DNA of 64,000 nt from Acidimicrobiia bacterium (GCA_965215185.1 OZ244034.1:1472001-1536000); one strand, 5' to 3'; shown: positions 38,624-49,742, counted from the stretch's first letter. Numbers and translations are program-made. The notes: generated by a model from the letters alone, not told the origin.

Positions 38624-41600
38624 TTAGGCAGACCTGACCCGGCGCGCCAACACGTTTGAACCGGCCTCGGTGCGGTCGATTCGATGAGATACCATCTGGG
38701 TGGCGCCCCCGGGAGGCATGGTCACCCCATAGAGCACCTCGGCGATCTCCGCGGTCTGTGGTTGGTGGGTGATGATCAGGATCTGTGCCCGGGAGCGCAA
38801 CTCCTTCACCATCTCCAGCACCCGGTGCAGATTGGCCGAATCCAAGGTGGCGTCCATCTCGTCCAACAGATAGAAAGGAGATGGGCGGGTTCTCATCATG
38901 GCGAAAAGAAAAGCCAAAGCCCCCAGAGCCCTCTCTCCTCCGGACAACAAGCTGAGTCGTGACACCCGCTTGCCCAAGGGCCGGGCGTGGATCTCCACTC
39001 CCGATCCGAGTGGATCGGCCGGGTCGACGATGGTAAGCCGGCCCCGCCCACCGGGGAAAACCTGCCCGAAGGTCTGCTCGAAGGCGGTCGCCGTCTCCCG
39101 GAAGGTGGCCAGATACCGCTCGGTGGCCTCCTTCTCCAGCTCCGAGATCACCTTGCGCAACTGCCGACCGGAATCCACGATGTCGTCATACTGATCGGAC
39201 AACTCCGACAATTCAGCCTCCACCTGAGCGAGGTCCGAAGCCGCGTAATGGTTGATGGGTCGCATCCGCTCCAGTTCGGCGGCCAGCGCCGCCAGAGTTC
39301 CGGCCGGGTCATCGATACCCGGAGCCGAAGCGCCCAGCGCCTCTTCAGGATCGGCATTCATCTCCAAGAGGCCTTCGACCGTCGAGTGGCAAACCGCCTC
39401 CAACCGAGAAACCTCGGCGATCAGTTTCTCCAGTTCGGTGGTCGCCCGCCGCCCACTGTCCGCGGCCACCTGCATGGATTCTTTGATCGCTGCGGCTTCG
39501 CTTGCCAAATCCCGGGCTCGTCGCATGGAAGTCCTGTCCAATTCCACCAGCGCCTCACGCCGCAGTGACATCACCTCGAGCGCCGCGGCGGCCAATGCCG
39601 CCACCTCCTCGGAGAGGTCCCCCGACAAGTCCTCGGGCAGAAGACTCACCTCGGCGAGTTCAACCACGACCTGCTCGAATCGGGCACGTTCCAGCCGGCG
39701 GCGCTCGCCGAGACGGGTGACCTCGGAGGTTCGCCGCCGATACTCCTCATCTGCCGCGGTGCGCGCCCGGGATACCTCCTCCAGCTGACGGGAAAGCCGC
39801 TCGGCCTCCATTGCCGAATCCACTCTCCCTTGGCGGAGCCGTCCTATGTGTTCCCCCAATTCGGTCATCCGGACCTCCCGCTGCGCGCTTTCCTCCACAA
39901 GAGAACTGCGCCGCCGGTTCAGACGGTCCTCTTCACGTCCGATCTCCCGGCGCCGGGCCCCCGATCGATCCCAATCCCGCTGCAACTTCAAAAGCGTGAG
40001 GCGACGGAGTTCAAAGCGGGCGGAGACCTTCTCCAAAGACTCCTCCAGCAACCCCACCTGCCGCCGCAACCTTTGGACCTGCTGTTCGCGGGCCTGGCAT
40101 TCTGCTACGGCCGCCTGGGCGCCGGAGGTGACGGCCGCCAGATCAGGAAGACGCTCCCCCCCGCCCAGCGCGACTCCCCTCACCGTTATCAGATCTCCTC
40201 GACGAGTCACCGCTCGAAGACGGGGATGACTTGCCACCACCTCGAATCCGCTCTGCCAATCCTCCACCAGCACCACATCACCCACCAGGCGCAACGCCAA
40301 AGGAGACTGGCGGCTGTCGTCCAGATGGTCGACCAGGGGCGTCACCTTGCTGCCGGAAGCGGCCACGGTCCGGGCAAGACTGTCTGCGCCCCCGGGAAAG
40401 CGGGTGCTCACCATCGACACCGGACCTTCCACTGCGGCCGTGGCTCCCAACCTGTCCACCGCGTTCCCCACCGCCACCGGACCCTCGAACACCGCCGCCT
40501 CGGCCCACTTTCCCAATCCGGCTTCCACCGCCGCGGCCAGTTCCGAAGGAACGTCCAGCACCTGCGCCACCCATCCCACCCATCCGGCCAAGCCCTCCAC
40601 TTGTCTTCGGCGGTTGGGATCGACTCCACGCAGGGCCTCCCGGGCAACTTCCAGTCTGCCCACCGCCTCCGCCATCCCTGTCCGGGCTTCCACCGCCCCG
40701 GCCTCGGCATCACGCAGACGCATTCTCTCCTCTGCAGCCCGTCGCCTCGCCTTCCCCACCTCTTCTTCCTCGGACCGCTGTGATGTTCGATCCTCCACCA
40801 GTTTCCGTTCGATCACCGCCGCCTCGGAGTCCAACAACTCGGCGGCGCATGACAACTCGGCCAGTCGAGCCTCCAGCGCCTCCAGTTCCCTTCGATCCCG
40901 GTCCCCGGCGGCTTCCAGCGCGGCCTTCTCGCTCTGCAATCCCGCGATCTGCGCATCGCCGCCCATTCCTTGGAGGGAAGCCAGCCTCCGTTCCTCCCTG
41001 GCCAACCGCACCCCAGAGATCCGAAACTCCTCCGCGGAGCGGTCGGCAGCCCGCTGCAATTCATCCAGTTCGGAGAGGCTCTTCTCCAATCCGGCACGTT
41101 CCTCCATCAAAGCAAGACGGCGGGACTCGGTGTGCCGCCGCCTTTTCAACGCCTGAGAACGCAGGGTCGCCACTTGCGAGAGCCGCCTCATCCGCTCGGT
41201 CACCATCTCCCAATCACGCAACATGCCGCCGCCTGGATCCGAGCGGAGTTCCTCCTGGGCGATTTCGACCCCGGCCAAAGCGGTCATGCCCCGTTGCTGC
41301 TCGGCCATCGCCTCCGAACGAGCCTCCATCCACTTTGAACGACTGTCCACAGCCGCATTCAGCCGCTCGTCGATTTCCCGAAGTTTTTGGCCCTCCAGAA
41401 AGAGTCGAAGCCTCCTGATCTCTTCAACCAGCCGAGAATAACGCCCGAGCGCCTCGCTTTGGCGGCGAAGCGGACGCAATCTACGGCCCTTTTCCGAGAT
41501 CAGATCTCCAATACGGTCCAAGTCCGACCGGGTGGATTCCAGGCGGCTAACGGCCCTGTCCCGCCGCCAGAGGTGTTTGCCTACCCCAGCCGCTTCCTCA

Positions 41601-42082
41601 AGCACCTTGCGGTGCTCGGAAGCAGAGGCGTTGAGTATCTGATCAACCTGGCCCTGTCCCAACAGCACGTAGCGGCTTTTGCGCATTCCCGCCGCAGCCA
41701 GCAGTTCGGTGATGTCCATAAGCCGGCATGGCTCCCGGTTGATCTCAAACTCCGACTCACCCGATCGGTAGTACCGCCGGGTGATCGACACTTCCGGGCG
41801 ATCAATGGGCAACAGGCCCGAACTGTTGTCAAAGACCAAAGTCACCTCGGCCCGGGAGGCGGCCGCGAGAGTGGCCGTGCCACAAAACAGCAAATCATCG
41901 GAGCGGTCCGCCCTGAGTGCGCGGGTGGATTGGCCCCCCGTAACCCAAGCCACCGCGTCCACGATGTTGGATTTGCCCGACCCATTCGGGCCGACTATCA
42001 CCGTTATTCCCGGATCCAATTCCAGAGTGGCCCGACCGCCGAAAGATTTGAACCCGGCCAAAGAAATTGACTTCAAAAACAT
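38624..42082 (-). CDS. smc: Chromosome segregation protein SMC
   Basis: GFKSF, GPNGSGKSN, coiled coils with hinge, LSGGE and LLDE motifs. Confidence 0.93.
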   Translation of the reverse strand: MFLKSISLAGFKSFGGRATLELDPGITVIVGPNGSGKSNIVDAVAWVTGGQSTRALRADRSDDLLFCGTATLAAASRAEVTLVFDNSSGLLPIDRPEVSITRRYYRSGESEFEINREPCRLMDITELLAAAGMRKSRYVLLGQGQVDQILNASASEHRKVLEEAAGVGKHLWRRDRAVSRLESTRSDLDRIGDLISEKGRRLRPLRRQSEALGRYSRLVEEIRRLRLFLEGQKLREIDERLNAAVDSRSKWMEARSEAMAEQQRGMTALAGVEIAQEELRSDPGGGMLRDWEMVTERMRRLSQVATLRSQALKRRRHTESRRLALMEERAGLEKSLSELDELQRAADRSAEEFRISGVRLAREERRLASLQGMGGDAQIAGLQSEKAALEAAGDRDRRELEALEARLAELSCAAELLDSEAAVIERKLVEDRTSQRSEEEEVGKARRRAAEERMRLRDAEAGAVEARTGMAEAVGRLEVAREALRGVDPNRRRQVEGLAGWVGWVAQVLDVPSELAAAVEAGLGKWAEAAVFEGPVAVGNAVDRLGATAAVEGPVSMVSTRFPGGADSLARTVAASGSKVTPLVDHLDDSRQSPLALRLVGDVVLVEDWQSGFEVVASHPRLRAVTRRGDLITVRGVALGGGERLPDLAAVTSGAQAAVAECQAREQQVQRLRRQVGLLEESLEKVSARFELRRLTLLKLQRDWDRSGARRREIGREEDRLNRRRSSLVEESAQREVRMTELGEHIGRLRQGRVDSAMEAERLSRQLEEVSRARTAADEEYRRRTSEVTRLGERRRLERARFEQVVVELAEVSLLPEDLSGDLSEEVAALAAAALEVMSLRREALVELDRTSMRRARDLASEAAAIKESMQVAADSGRRATTELEKLIAEVSRLEAVCHSTVEGLLEMNADPEEALGASAPGIDDPAGTLAALAAELERMRPINHYAASDLAQVEAELSELSDQYDDIVDSGRQLRKVISELEKEATERYLATFRETATAFEQTFGQVFPGGRGRLTIVDPADPLGSGVEIHARPLGKRVSRLSLLSGGERALGALAFLFAMMRTRPSPFYLLDEMDATLDSANLHRVLEMVKELRSRAQILIITHQPQTAEIAEVLYGVTMPPGGATQMVSHRIDRTEAGSNVLARRVRSA

Positions 42083-42124
42083 CGGAAACTCCCAAGCTAC
42101 CGCACAAGAGGTGCGATCAGTGGT

Positions 42125-42970
42125 TTATCCCCTTTTGCCAGGTTCCTGACAACGCGGGCAGAAGTGTGAAGAGCGGGCGCCGATCACCGTCCGCATGATC
42201 GCAGCGTGGCAGGATCGGCAGGGTTGCCCCTCCCGTCCGTACACCCGCAGATACTCCAAGAAACCTCCCGCCCGACCATCCGGCAACAAGTAGGCAAGAT
42301 CATCGAGGCTGGTGCCTCCCCGGCTGATACCCTCCGACAGCACCGGGCCGACCTGGGAACGAAGCCTTTCCACCTCAATGCCTGACAGGCTCCCCGACCG
42401 GCGGGAGGGGTGGATTCCAGCCCGGTGCAGCACCTCATCTGCATAGATGTTTCCCAAACCAGCCAGGAACCGCTGATCCAGCAACAGGCTTTTGATGGGG
42501 AGGGTCCGCGATCTCATTTTCTCGAAGAGGTGACCGGCGGAAGGCAGGTGCTTCCAAGCGTCGGCGCCCAGCTTGGAGAGGCTGGATTCCCTCATCTCTC
42601 CCGGGGAGAAAACCGCCACAAACCCGAAGGTTCTGGGATCGATAAAGCGCAAAGAAGGGCCCGACTCCATCTCCGCCCAAAACCGGGTGTGCCCCTGCGT
42701 GGGGTCACCGGGTCGGGCCAGATAAATCCGACCAGACATGCCCAGATGGATCACCCAGGTCAGATCGGCGTCCAATTCGATGAGCAGGAACTTTCCGATC
42801 CGATCCAGACCCAGAACGCGCCGACCCTCCAGGCGATCCTGCACATCGGCGATCCGGGCATGACGCCGAGCAGTCCGGGCATGACAGACCCGGGCGGCGG
42901 CTACCCTGCGACCTACCAGTTCTGGCCGGATGGCCCGGCGCACCGTCTCCACTTCCGGCAGTTCAGGCAT
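42125..42970 (-). CDS. mutM: Formamidopyrimidine-DNA glycosylase
   Basis: PELPEVE, HLGMSG, GLGNIYADE and C-terminal Zn finger. Confidence 0.96.
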   Translation of the reverse strand: MPELPEVETVRRAIRPELVGRRVAAARVCHARTARRHARIADVQDRLEGRRVLGLDRIGKFLLIELDADLTWVIHLGMSGRIYLARPGDPTQGHTRFWAEMESGPSLRFIDPRTFGFVAVFSPGEMRESSLSKLGADAWKHLPSAGHLFEKMRSRTLPIKSLLLDQRFLAGLGNIYADEVLHRAGIHPSRRSGSLSGIEVERLRSQVGPVLSEGISRGGTSLDDLAYLLPDGRAGGFLEYLRVYGREGQPCRSCHAAIMRTVIGARSSHFCPRCQEPGKRG

Positions 42971-42981
42971 AATGCCTCAGA

Positions 42982-43758
42982 TCAGGACTTTCCCTCCGCC
43001 CTTCTTTGACTCCAATACCTCAAGCGGCGCACTATCGGAGACACCGATGCGGGGGGAGCAATGGACACCACCAGCGTGGGCTGGGAGAGAGTGAGCGAAG
43101 CGTCCGGATACAATTCTTTCAAGGCCTCCGCTGCCGCCTGCTGCTCGGCCAACCGCCGAGACGAACCTTTACCCACCCCGTACAACTTCCCCTCAACTCG
43201 GACTTCCACTCGGAACCGGCGGGCATGGCTAAGACCCTCCTCGGTCTTGCGGTAGAGAGGCTCTTTGCCCTCCGCAGCAAGCATTTCCTGTAGATGGGTC
43301 TTAGCGTCGCGGGCATCAGGCGCCGCCGCCTGAGCGGCAATCAAAGCCTTCCAGTGGGTCATGACCAGCTTCTCAGCGACCGGCCACCCACCATCCTCAT
43401 AAACCGCTCCGATCAATGCCTCCATGGCGTCGGCCAGAATGCTGGTCTTGTCACGGCCTCCCGACTGCATCTCTCCCTTGCCCAATCGGAGGGCATCCCC
43501 CAGGTCGAGCGCTTCGGCCACCTGCGCCAGGGTCTCCTTTCTCACCACCGCCGCCCGAACCCGAGTCATCTGGCCCTCTCGGAGGTGGGGATACTCCCGG
43601 AAGGTGTGTCGGGTAACCACCAACTGCAAAACGGCGTCGCCAAGAAACTCCAACCTCTCGTTGTCCGGAATGCTCCTTTCGTTGGCGTAGGAGCGATGGG
43701 TGAGAGCGGTCAGCAGCAGCTCCGAAGAGTTAAAACGATGCCCCACACGTTGCTGCAA
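42982..43758 (-). CDS. rnc: Ribonuclease III
   Basis: ALTHRS, NERLEFLGDAVL and dsRBD. Confidence 0.95.
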   Translation of the reverse strand: MQQRVGHRFNSSELLLTALTHRSYANERSIPDNERLEFLGDAVLQLVVTRHTFREYPHLREGQMTRVRAAVVRKETLAQVAEALDLGDALRLGKGEMQSGGRDKTSILADAMEALIGAVYEDGGWPVAEKLVMTHWKALIAAQAAAPDARDAKTHLQEMLAAEGKEPLYRKTEEGLSHARRFRVEVRVEGKLYGVGKGSSRRLAEQQAAAEALKELYPDASLTLSQPTLVVSIAPPASVSPIVRRLRYWSQRRAEGKS

Positions 43759-43763
43759 ACCGT

Positions 43764-44738
43764 TTACAGGCAGTTGAACCTCTCCTCAATCCGCTGGGGC
43801 AACCGGCTCTCGGCACCCTCGTGCGCCATATGCAAAGCCTTGACGATGGCTGTACTGCGCGCATGCCCATGGGCTATAACCGCGATGCCTTTAGCACCGA
43901 CCAGATGGGCGCCGGCGTGACGATCGTCCAGGAGTTTTCGGCCCTGTTCGGAGAACTGCGGCAACACCTTTTCACCGGCCTCGGGTTCGTTTTCGGCCAG
44001 CATGGAGAAAAAGGCCTTGGCGACCATCACCACCGACGCCTCGACCGTCTTCAAAAAGACATTCCCCGTGAAACCGTCGGTGACGATGACATCCACCACC
44101 CCAGTGGCGAAATCGGTTCCCTCGACGTTTCCCACGAAATTGACCGAGGATTTCCGCAACAGCGCCAACGCTTCTCTTTCCATCTCCCGTCCCTTGGAAT
44201 CCTCCGACCCGTTGTTCAACAGGCCCACCCGCGGATTCTTGATGCCCGCCGTGGTCTCCGCCACCACCGACCCCATCACCGCAAACTCCACCAACTGGCC
44301 GGGACGCACCACCAGATTGGCGCCGGCGTCACACAGCACGGTCGGGTTCCATGGTATGGGCATCAAACTGGCGACAGCCGGCCTGGACACTCCCGGCAAC
44401 CGACCCATCCCCACGGCTGCCACCGCCAGGGAAGCACCCGTCGAACCCGCCGAAACAAATCCCACTACGTCGCCGGAGGACACCAGTTGCCCGCAGACCA
44501 CCACCGAGGAGTCCCGCACCTCACGGATCGCCCTGATCGGAAAATCTCCCATTCCCACCACGGTCGGAGCATGCACGATTGGCAAATTCGCCCCATGGCG
44601 CTCCAATTCCGTCTCAAGGACGGGCCGATTCCCCACCAGCAGAACATCGATTCCGTCAGCGGCAGCCAATACTGCACCCGCCACTGTCTCCCTGGGAGCC
44701 AAATCGCCCCCACCAGCGTCCAGGGCGATGGTTGGCAC
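43764..44738 (-). CDS. plsX: Phosphate acyltransferase
   Basis: IALDAGGGDLAP, SAGSTGA, DAGAN, GNVEG, DGFTGN and AHG motifs. GTG start overlaps the rpmF stop. Confidence 0.9.
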   Translation of the reverse strand: MPTIALDAGGGDLAPRETVAGAVLAAADGIDVLLVGNRPVLETELERHGANLPIVHAPTVVGMGDFPIRAIREVRDSSVVVCGQLVSSGDVVGFVSAGSTGASLAVAAVGMGRLPGVSRPAVASLMPIPWNPTVLCDAGANLVVRPGQLVEFAVMGSVVAETTAGIKNPRVGLLNNGSEDSKGREMEREALALLRKSSVNFVGNVEGTDFATGVVDVIVTDGFTGNVFLKTVEASVVMVAKAFFSMLAENEPEAGEKVLPQFSEQGRKLLDDRHAGAHLVGAKGIAVIAHGHARSTAIVKALHMAHEGAESRLPQRIEERFNCL

Positions 44739-44914
44739 TATTCGACTTCTATTACTTCCCGTCCTCGATAGCGACCACACTGCCCACAAGCCCGATGAGG
44801 GAGTATGGGAGCATGGCACTGCGGGCACCGGGAAACGGTAGGGAGCTTGACTTTCCAAGCCGCCTTTCTCTGCCTCGTACGCATCTTGGAACTTTTTTTC
44901 TTGGGAACAGCCAT
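44738..44914 (-). CDS. rpmF: 50S ribosomal protein L32 (Zn-binding form)
   Basis: Not in the ORF track; read manually: MAVPKKKSSKMRTRQRKAAWKVKLPTVSRCPQCHAPILPHRACGQCGRYRGREVIEVE*. Confidence 0.96.
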   Translation of the reverse strand: MAVPKKKSSKMRTRQRKAAWKVKLPTVSRCPQCHAPILPHRACGQCGRYRGREVIEVE

Positions 44915-44926
44915 CTGGCAACTCTC

Positions 44927-45412
44927 CTATAAGAGGTTGGACAGGACAGAAAACGGCGATTGCACGTCTTCGTTTATACATTTGCAGGCCTCTGCGTTCA
45001 AGTGGATTCCGCATCCGGAGCAAATGCCCCTGCAATCCTCTACGCACAGCGGCGCCGTCGGAAAAGAGAGTACCACCTCATCGATAACAATCCCATCCAA
45101 CAGCAGCCACCCGTCCTTGGGAAGGCAATAGCCATCGGAGTCGGGAAGGCGCCTCACCGTCCTCTCGAAAGAGACAACCGCCTCCTGTTCCCACTCCTCC
45201 AGACACCGATAGCAACGCATCCGCGGATCGGCCACTGCCGTTCCACTGATCCGAATCCCATCCTGGTAGCCCTCCAAGAGGATGTCGACACGAGCCTGCG
45301 CAACTTTTACCAGCGGCATTTCCACCATCAGAGGAACAACCCAGCGGCGGCGTTCCCAGCGGCCGGGGCGGTTCAGAAAGTGACTTACCTCCACCTTCAT
45401 TGGGGAACGCAT
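44927..45412 (-). CDS. DUF177/YceD family protein
   Basis: CYRCL and PLC..DCRGIC..CG..LN...C.C motifs; upstream of rpmF. Confidence 0.9.
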   Translation of the reverse strand: MRSPMKVEVSHFLNRPGRWERRRWVVPLMVEMPLVKVAQARVDILLEGYQDGIRISGTAVADPRMRCYRCLEEWEQEAVVSFERTVRRLPDSDGYCLPKDGWLLLDGIVIDEVVLSFPTAPLCVEDCRGICSGCGIHLNAEACKCINEDVQSPFSVLSNLL

Positions 45413-45945
45413 CAGATGGGAGGGGCCGGACCCGCCGGCCGGGCGCGATGCAACTGAGCCCGAGTGGAGCTGACCCGCGCCGCCAAATCGCCGATCAGGG
45501 TCTCCAACGCCTCCATGACAGCGTCAGCCATGTCCTCTGCCTCCAAGCGGGTTCGCCGGGCCTCCCCCTCCGCCCGCCTCACCAACGCATTGGCTTCCGC
45601 CACCGCCTCGTCCAAAATGTGGGACTGGCTTACCAGACGCCTTGCCTCCGATCTTGCCCGGCTGACGACCTCGTCCGCCTGCCCCTTTGCACGGCGCATG
45701 AAGTTCTCTCGCTCCCGAACCATCCAGCGAGCGGCTCGCAACTCGTCGGGAAGACCTCGCAGCAGTGCGTCGAGACGAGACAGCATCTTCTCCCGGTCAA
45801 GCAGAGCATTCTGGGAAAGGGGAAGGGACCGGGCATGACGGACCTCGTCCATGAGTTCCTCCACCAGCCCAAGCAGGTGCCCCACCGACGAGCGGACGGG
45901 TACCACCTCCGATTGCTGGAGGTGAGGGATCTGCTCATCGCTCAT
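45412..45945 (-). CDS. Coiled-coil DivIVA/SepIVA-like protein
   Basis: ARSLPLS...LP.EL..A..W...R pattern; conserved position between coaD and DUF177. Confidence 0.7.
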   Translation of the reverse strand: MSDEQIPHLQQSEVVPVRSSVGHLLGLVEELMDEVRHARSLPLSQNALLDREKMLSRLDALLRGLPDELRAARWMVRERENFMRRAKGQADEVVSRARSEARRLVSQSHILDEAVAEANALVRRAEGEARRTRLEAEDMADAVMEALETLIGDLAARVSSTRAQLHRARPAGPAPPI

Positions 45946-46415
45946 GAATAACGCTCCTTCATTGCTTCAGCGACACTGTCGGGAACCAGCCCTGCCACTG
46001 ATCCTCCCAACGCGGCAACTTCACGGATCAGCGATGAGGACAGAAAGCTCCAGTCCGGACGGGTGGGCATGAACATGGTCTCTATTCCTCCCACTGTCTG
46101 GTTCATCTGAGCCATCTGCAACTCGCTATCGAAATCGCTCACCGCCCGCAGCCCCTTGACCAGCACCTGCGCTCCCTCTCGGCGGGCGAAGTCCACCAGC
46201 AGTCCCTGATAGTGGCGGACCACCACCTGGGGGAGATCGGAAAGAGCCCCCTGCAGGAAGGCCACCCTTTCCTCCAAGGTAAAGAGGGACTGCTTGGAAG
46301 GGTTGATGACCACTCCCACCACTACTTCATCAAACAGCAGGGCACATCGGCGGATGACATCCAGATGCCCGCTGGTTGGTGGATCGAAACTCCCGGGACA
46401 GAGCGCAATCGTCAT
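45942..46415 (-). CDS. coaD: Phosphopantetheine adenylyltransferase
   Basis: PGSFDP.T.GH, KGLRAVSDF and SSSLIRE motifs. Confidence 0.96.
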   Translation of the reverse strand: MTIALCPGSFDPPTSGHLDVIRRCALLFDEVVVGVVINPSKQSLFTLEERVAFLQGALSDLPQVVVRHYQGLLVDFARREGAQVLVKGLRAVSDFDSELQMAQMNQTVGGIETMFMPTRPDWSFLSSSLIREVAALGGSVAGLVPDSVAEAMKERYS

Positions 46416-46418
46416 CCT

Positions 46419-46967
46419 TCACTCCTTGAGATATCTGATAATTTGGGCATCACCGTGACGACGTTGGTCAGCGATCTTCAGCCCGTGGACCATCGGAGTA
46501 TCGTCGCCCGCTCGGCGGGTGACGACCGCGACGGCCCCCGGGTTCATCCGACTTGAAACTCTCGCAAGTATTCCGGCCAGTTCCCCCGATGATATATCCC
46601 AAGGCGGGTCAGCAAAGACTATATCGAACCCGGGCCCGGGAAGATCGTCGAGCAGGTACCGCTCCACCCGGGCAGCAACCACCCGGGCCTCATCTGTGAT
46701 TCCCAACGACTCGAGGTTGGAACGCAGCGCCTCCAAGGCCGGACGGGACCTTTCCACGAACACCGCCGATCTGCCTCCTCTACTCAGCGCTTCGATGCCA
46801 AAACTCCCCGAACCGGCGTACAGGTCCAGGACACGAGCTTCTCTTACCCTCATCCCCAGCGTCGAAAACACCGATTCGCGAACCCTACCGGTGGCCGGTC
46901 GGGTACCCGGACCCGGCGGGGTCCTGAGCATGCGTCCCCGGTGTTCTCCGCCGATCACCCTAATCAT
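46419..46967 (-). CDS. rsmD: 16S rRNA m2G966 methyltransferase
   Basis: RVIGG..RGR.L, TRP, LDLYAGSG and DPPW motifs. ATGA overlap with recG. Confidence 0.92.
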   Translation of the reverse strand: MIRVIGGEHRGRMLRTPPGPGTRPATGRVRESVFSTLGMRVREARVLDLYAGSGSFGIEALSRGGRSAVFVERSRPALEALRSNLESLGITDEARVVAARVERYLLDDLPGPGFDIVFADPPWDISSGELAGILARVSSRMNPGAVAVVTRRAGDDTPMVHGLKIADQRRHGDAQIIRYLKE

Positions 46968-49234
46968 GAGTCGAACAACCACTTCACATCCTCGCCCAGG
47001 ATGGTCACCAACTCCTCCTCCAGATCGGGATGTCTTTGCAGACCAGGGTCGGACCGGATCAGATCGTCGGCGGCTTTCTTGGCTCTCTGAAGCGTCCAAC
47101 GGTCCCTGAGAATGTCCGCCAGTTTGAGATCCCCCATACCCGACTGCCGGGCCCCGAACACCGTGCCCTGTCCCCTGATCCTCAGATCTTCCTCGGCCAA
47201 CTCCAAGCCGTTGGTGGTGCGGGCCATGGCCTTCATGCGTCTCTCAGAAGCCGGGGTGGCAGGATCGGCAACCAGCAGACACAGACCGGCATGCTTTCCC
47301 CGACCCACCCGGCCCCGCAACTGGTGGAGCTGAGAGAGCCCGAAACGCTGAGCGTCGGTGATCACCATCACCGTGGCGTTGGGGATGTCGATTCCCACCT
47401 CTATGACGGTGGTGCTGATCAAAATATCGGTTTCCCCGGAACGGAAGCGGGCCATGATCTCTTCCTTCTCAGCGCTCGAAAGCTGTCCATGCATCCGATC
47501 GATCACCAGATCGGGAAGAGTCGACCTCATCTCCTGGTGCTGGGTAGCGACCGACCGCACTTCCAGCTTCTCGCTGTCATCGATAAGTGGACAGATCACA
47601 AAGGCCTGCCTACCTTTGCTCACTTCCTTTCTGATCGCCCGGTAAACGACCTCCAGCCCCTGCGGGTCGTCTTTGACCACCCGGGTCTTGACCGGGGAAC
47701 GCCCGGGGGGCATCTCATCTATTTCGGACAGGACCAGATCCCCGTAGAGAGTCATCGACAGAGTGCGGGGAATGGGGGTGGCGGTCATGATCAGCAGGTC
47801 AGGCTGGCGACCCGCCGCCTTGTGTTTGAGGGTGTTTCTCTGAGAGACTCCGAAACGATGCTGCTCGTCCACCACCGCCACCCCCAGCCGTTGAAAACGG
47901 ACTCCCTCTTGAATCAGAGAATGGGTGCCCACCACGATTTGGGCTTCGCCACTCGCCACATCCTCTTTCACCTGAGCCCGGTGGGGAGTGTCCGAATAGT
48001 TGGCGGACGCTCGAGAAGAGGTGAGCAGCGCCACCCGCACGGTCACATCTGCTGCGGCGTCAAACAACGATCCCATGCGATGACCGCCTGCGTCGGACCG
48101 GGCCACGGGCGGAGACAGACCGGCCTGGCTGAGCATCTCCCGCAGCACCATGTAGAGCTGTTCGGCCAGCACTTCGGTGGGCGCCATTATGGCGGCCTGG
48201 TTGCCTGATCCCACCCCGGCCAGCAAGGTGACCAGCGCCACCACCGTCTTGCCGGATCCCACCTCCCCCTGCAACATCCGGTGCATGGGGCGGGGACCGG
48301 CCATATCCTTCGCTATCTCGTCCAACACCCTCTCCTGGGCGCTGGTCAGATCGTAGGGAAGGCCCCCCAAGAAGGTGTCAACCAGGGGGCAGGCCATTAT
48401 CTGGGGAATTCCCTCCTGCTCCTCCACCAGCCGGTGGCGGGTGAGCGCCAAAGCCAGTTGGATGCGGAACAGTTCATCGAACACCAACCTCCGGCGGCCC
48501 TCGGCGGCCTTCTCCATGCTGTCTGGAAAGTGAATGTTGGCAAAGGCTTGATCCCGGTCGACAAAGCCGTCGCGCTCCAGAACCCACCGGGGCACGGGGT
48601 CGTCTATAGGCCTGGCCCGCTGGAGGGCATTGCGCATCGCCATTCTGATTCGCGCTGGGGTCATCTCCCCTACCGCCGAGTGCACCGGCACTACTTTCCC
48701 CCGGAAGTCCTCTTCCCCGGGTTCCATCACCTCCACATCGGGATTGGTTATTTGCGGCCGGCCCCGAAAGACGGTCACCTTCCCCGAAAAGGCGGCGATG
48801 GTTCCCGGTTGCAGTTGTCGACTGCGATAGGGCTGATTGAAGAAGGTGACTTCCATGCGCCGGATAGGACCAAGCACCATGTCAGGTTTCGATCCCGGGG
48901 GGACGGAGTCTTGGATCGTCACCCTCAGCACCTCCCTTGGGCCCCGTCGGCCAGAACCCTTGGGCCGGTAGACGCTCACCACCTCGGCGATGACCGTGGC
49001 CTCAACGTCGACAGCCAGCCCGGCGATCGGCGCCACCAGAGTGCGATCCTGATATCGGTGAGGAAAGTGCTGAAGCAGGTCGGCAACCGAGCAGATGCCC
49101 CCCTTGGTCAGTATCCCTGCCTGGCGGGATCCGATATACCGGACCCGCTCCACACCCACTCCGTGCAGATAGGCCAGGCTTCGACCCGATCGGGAAGCAG
49201 GTGGGGGCCCTTTGGCGGGTTCGTGGATACTCAC
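46964..49234 (-). CDS. recG: ATP-dependent DNA helicase RecG
   Basis: [26 protein letters not shown] and [12 protein letters not shown] motifs. Confidence 0.97.
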   Translation of the reverse strand: MSIHEPAKGPPPASRSGRSLAYLHGVGVERVRYIGSRQAGILTKGGICSVADLLQHFPHRYQDRTLVAPIAGLAVDVEATVIAEVVSVYRPKGSGRRGPREVLRVTIQDSVPPGSKPDMVLGPIRRMEVTFFNQPYRSRQLQPGTIAAFSGKVTVFRGRPQITNPDVEVMEPGEEDFRGKVVPVHSAVGEMTPARIRMAMRNALQRARPIDDPVPRWVLERDGFVDRDQAFANIHFPDSMEKAAEGRRRLVFDELFRIQLALALTRHRLVEEQEGIPQIMACPLVDTFLGGLPYDLTSAQERVLDEIAKDMAGPRPMHRMLQGEVGSGKTVVALVTLLAGVGSGNQAAIMAPTEVLAEQLYMVLREMLSQAGLSPPVARSDAGGHRMGSLFDAAADVTVRVALLTSSRASANYSDTPHRAQVKEDVASGEAQIVVGTHSLIQEGVRFQRLGVAVVDEQHRFGVSQRNTLKHKAAGRQPDLLIMTATPIPRTLSMTLYGDLVLSEIDEMPPGRSPVKTRVVKDDPQGLEVVYRAIRKEVSKGRQAFVICPLIDDSEKLEVRSVATQHQEMRSTLPDLVIDRMHGQLSSAEKEEIMARFRSGETDILISTTVIEVGIDIPNATVMVITDAQRFGLSQLHQLRGRVGRGKHAGLCLLVADPATPASERRMKAMARTTNGLELAEEDLRIRGQGTVFGARQSGMGDLKLADILRDRWTLQRAKKAADDLIRSDPGLQRHPDLEEELVTILGEDVKWLFDS

Positions 49235-49262
49235 TGGCCGGCGCGGTTCGTCATGTGCTTAC

Positions 49263-49310
49263 AAGGTTTACTATTCTTTGGCGCAGAAGGTCTACTATTC
49301 TTTGGCGCAG
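49263..49310 (+). repeat. 24-bp tandem duplication in the recG/rpmB divergent promoter region
   Basis: AAGGTTTACTATTCTTTGGCGCAG followed by AAGGTCTACTATTCTTTGGCGCAG (one mismatch). Confidence 0.9.
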
Positions 49311-49320
49311 GAGGACATCC

Positions 49321-49509
49321 ATGGCGTACAAATGTGAGGTTTGCGGGCGCAAACCGTCTTTCGGAAAGACCGTGACCTTTTCTCATAAACGAAACAACCG
49401 TCGGTGGCGACCCAACATACAGCGGGTGCGCGTTCGCCGAGGGTCCAATACCCGCCGAGCCCGAGTTTGCACCTCCTGCATCAAAGCAGGAAAGGTGGAA
49501 AAGGTCTGA
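49321..49509 (+). CDS. rpmB: 50S ribosomal protein L28
   Basis: [15 protein letters not shown]...RRWRPNIQ...[11 protein letters not shown]; RBS GGAGG. Confidence 0.96.
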   Translation: MAYKCEVCGRKPSFGKTVTFSHKRNNRRWRPNIQRVRVRRGSNTRRARVCTSCIKAGKVEKV

Positions 49510-49513
49510 GGTC

Positions 49514-49726
49514 GTGCAGGGAGTGGTCAAGACCTACGATCCCGACACAGGGGTCGGAGTGATCATCTGCGATAACGACCGTAGTCCTGTTCTATTGCGA
49601 CCAGGCTCCCTAAATGGCTCCATTTTCCGTTTTCTCCGCCAGGGTCAGCGGATCGTTTTTGAAACGAGTCAGGATGGAGAACACTCATTTGCCCACACCA
49701 TAAGGATGGGGCAAGACGGATACTGA
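49514..49726 (+). CDS. Small cold-shock-like OB-fold protein
   Basis: MQGVVKTYDPDTGVG...FRFLRQGQRIVFE, the actinobacterial CSD-like pattern. Confidence 0.7.
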   Translation: MQGVVKTYDPDTGVGVIICDNDRSPVLLRPGSLNGSIFRFLRQGQRIVFETSQDGEHSFAHTIRMGQDGY

Positions 49727-49742
49727 TCTACAAGGAGGACAA

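Noticed and set aside
44739-45047. Apparent 100-aa N-terminal extension of PlsX in the ORF track
   Set aside because: This interval holds rpmF and the end of DUF177 in other frames. The true plsX start is GTG at 44738.
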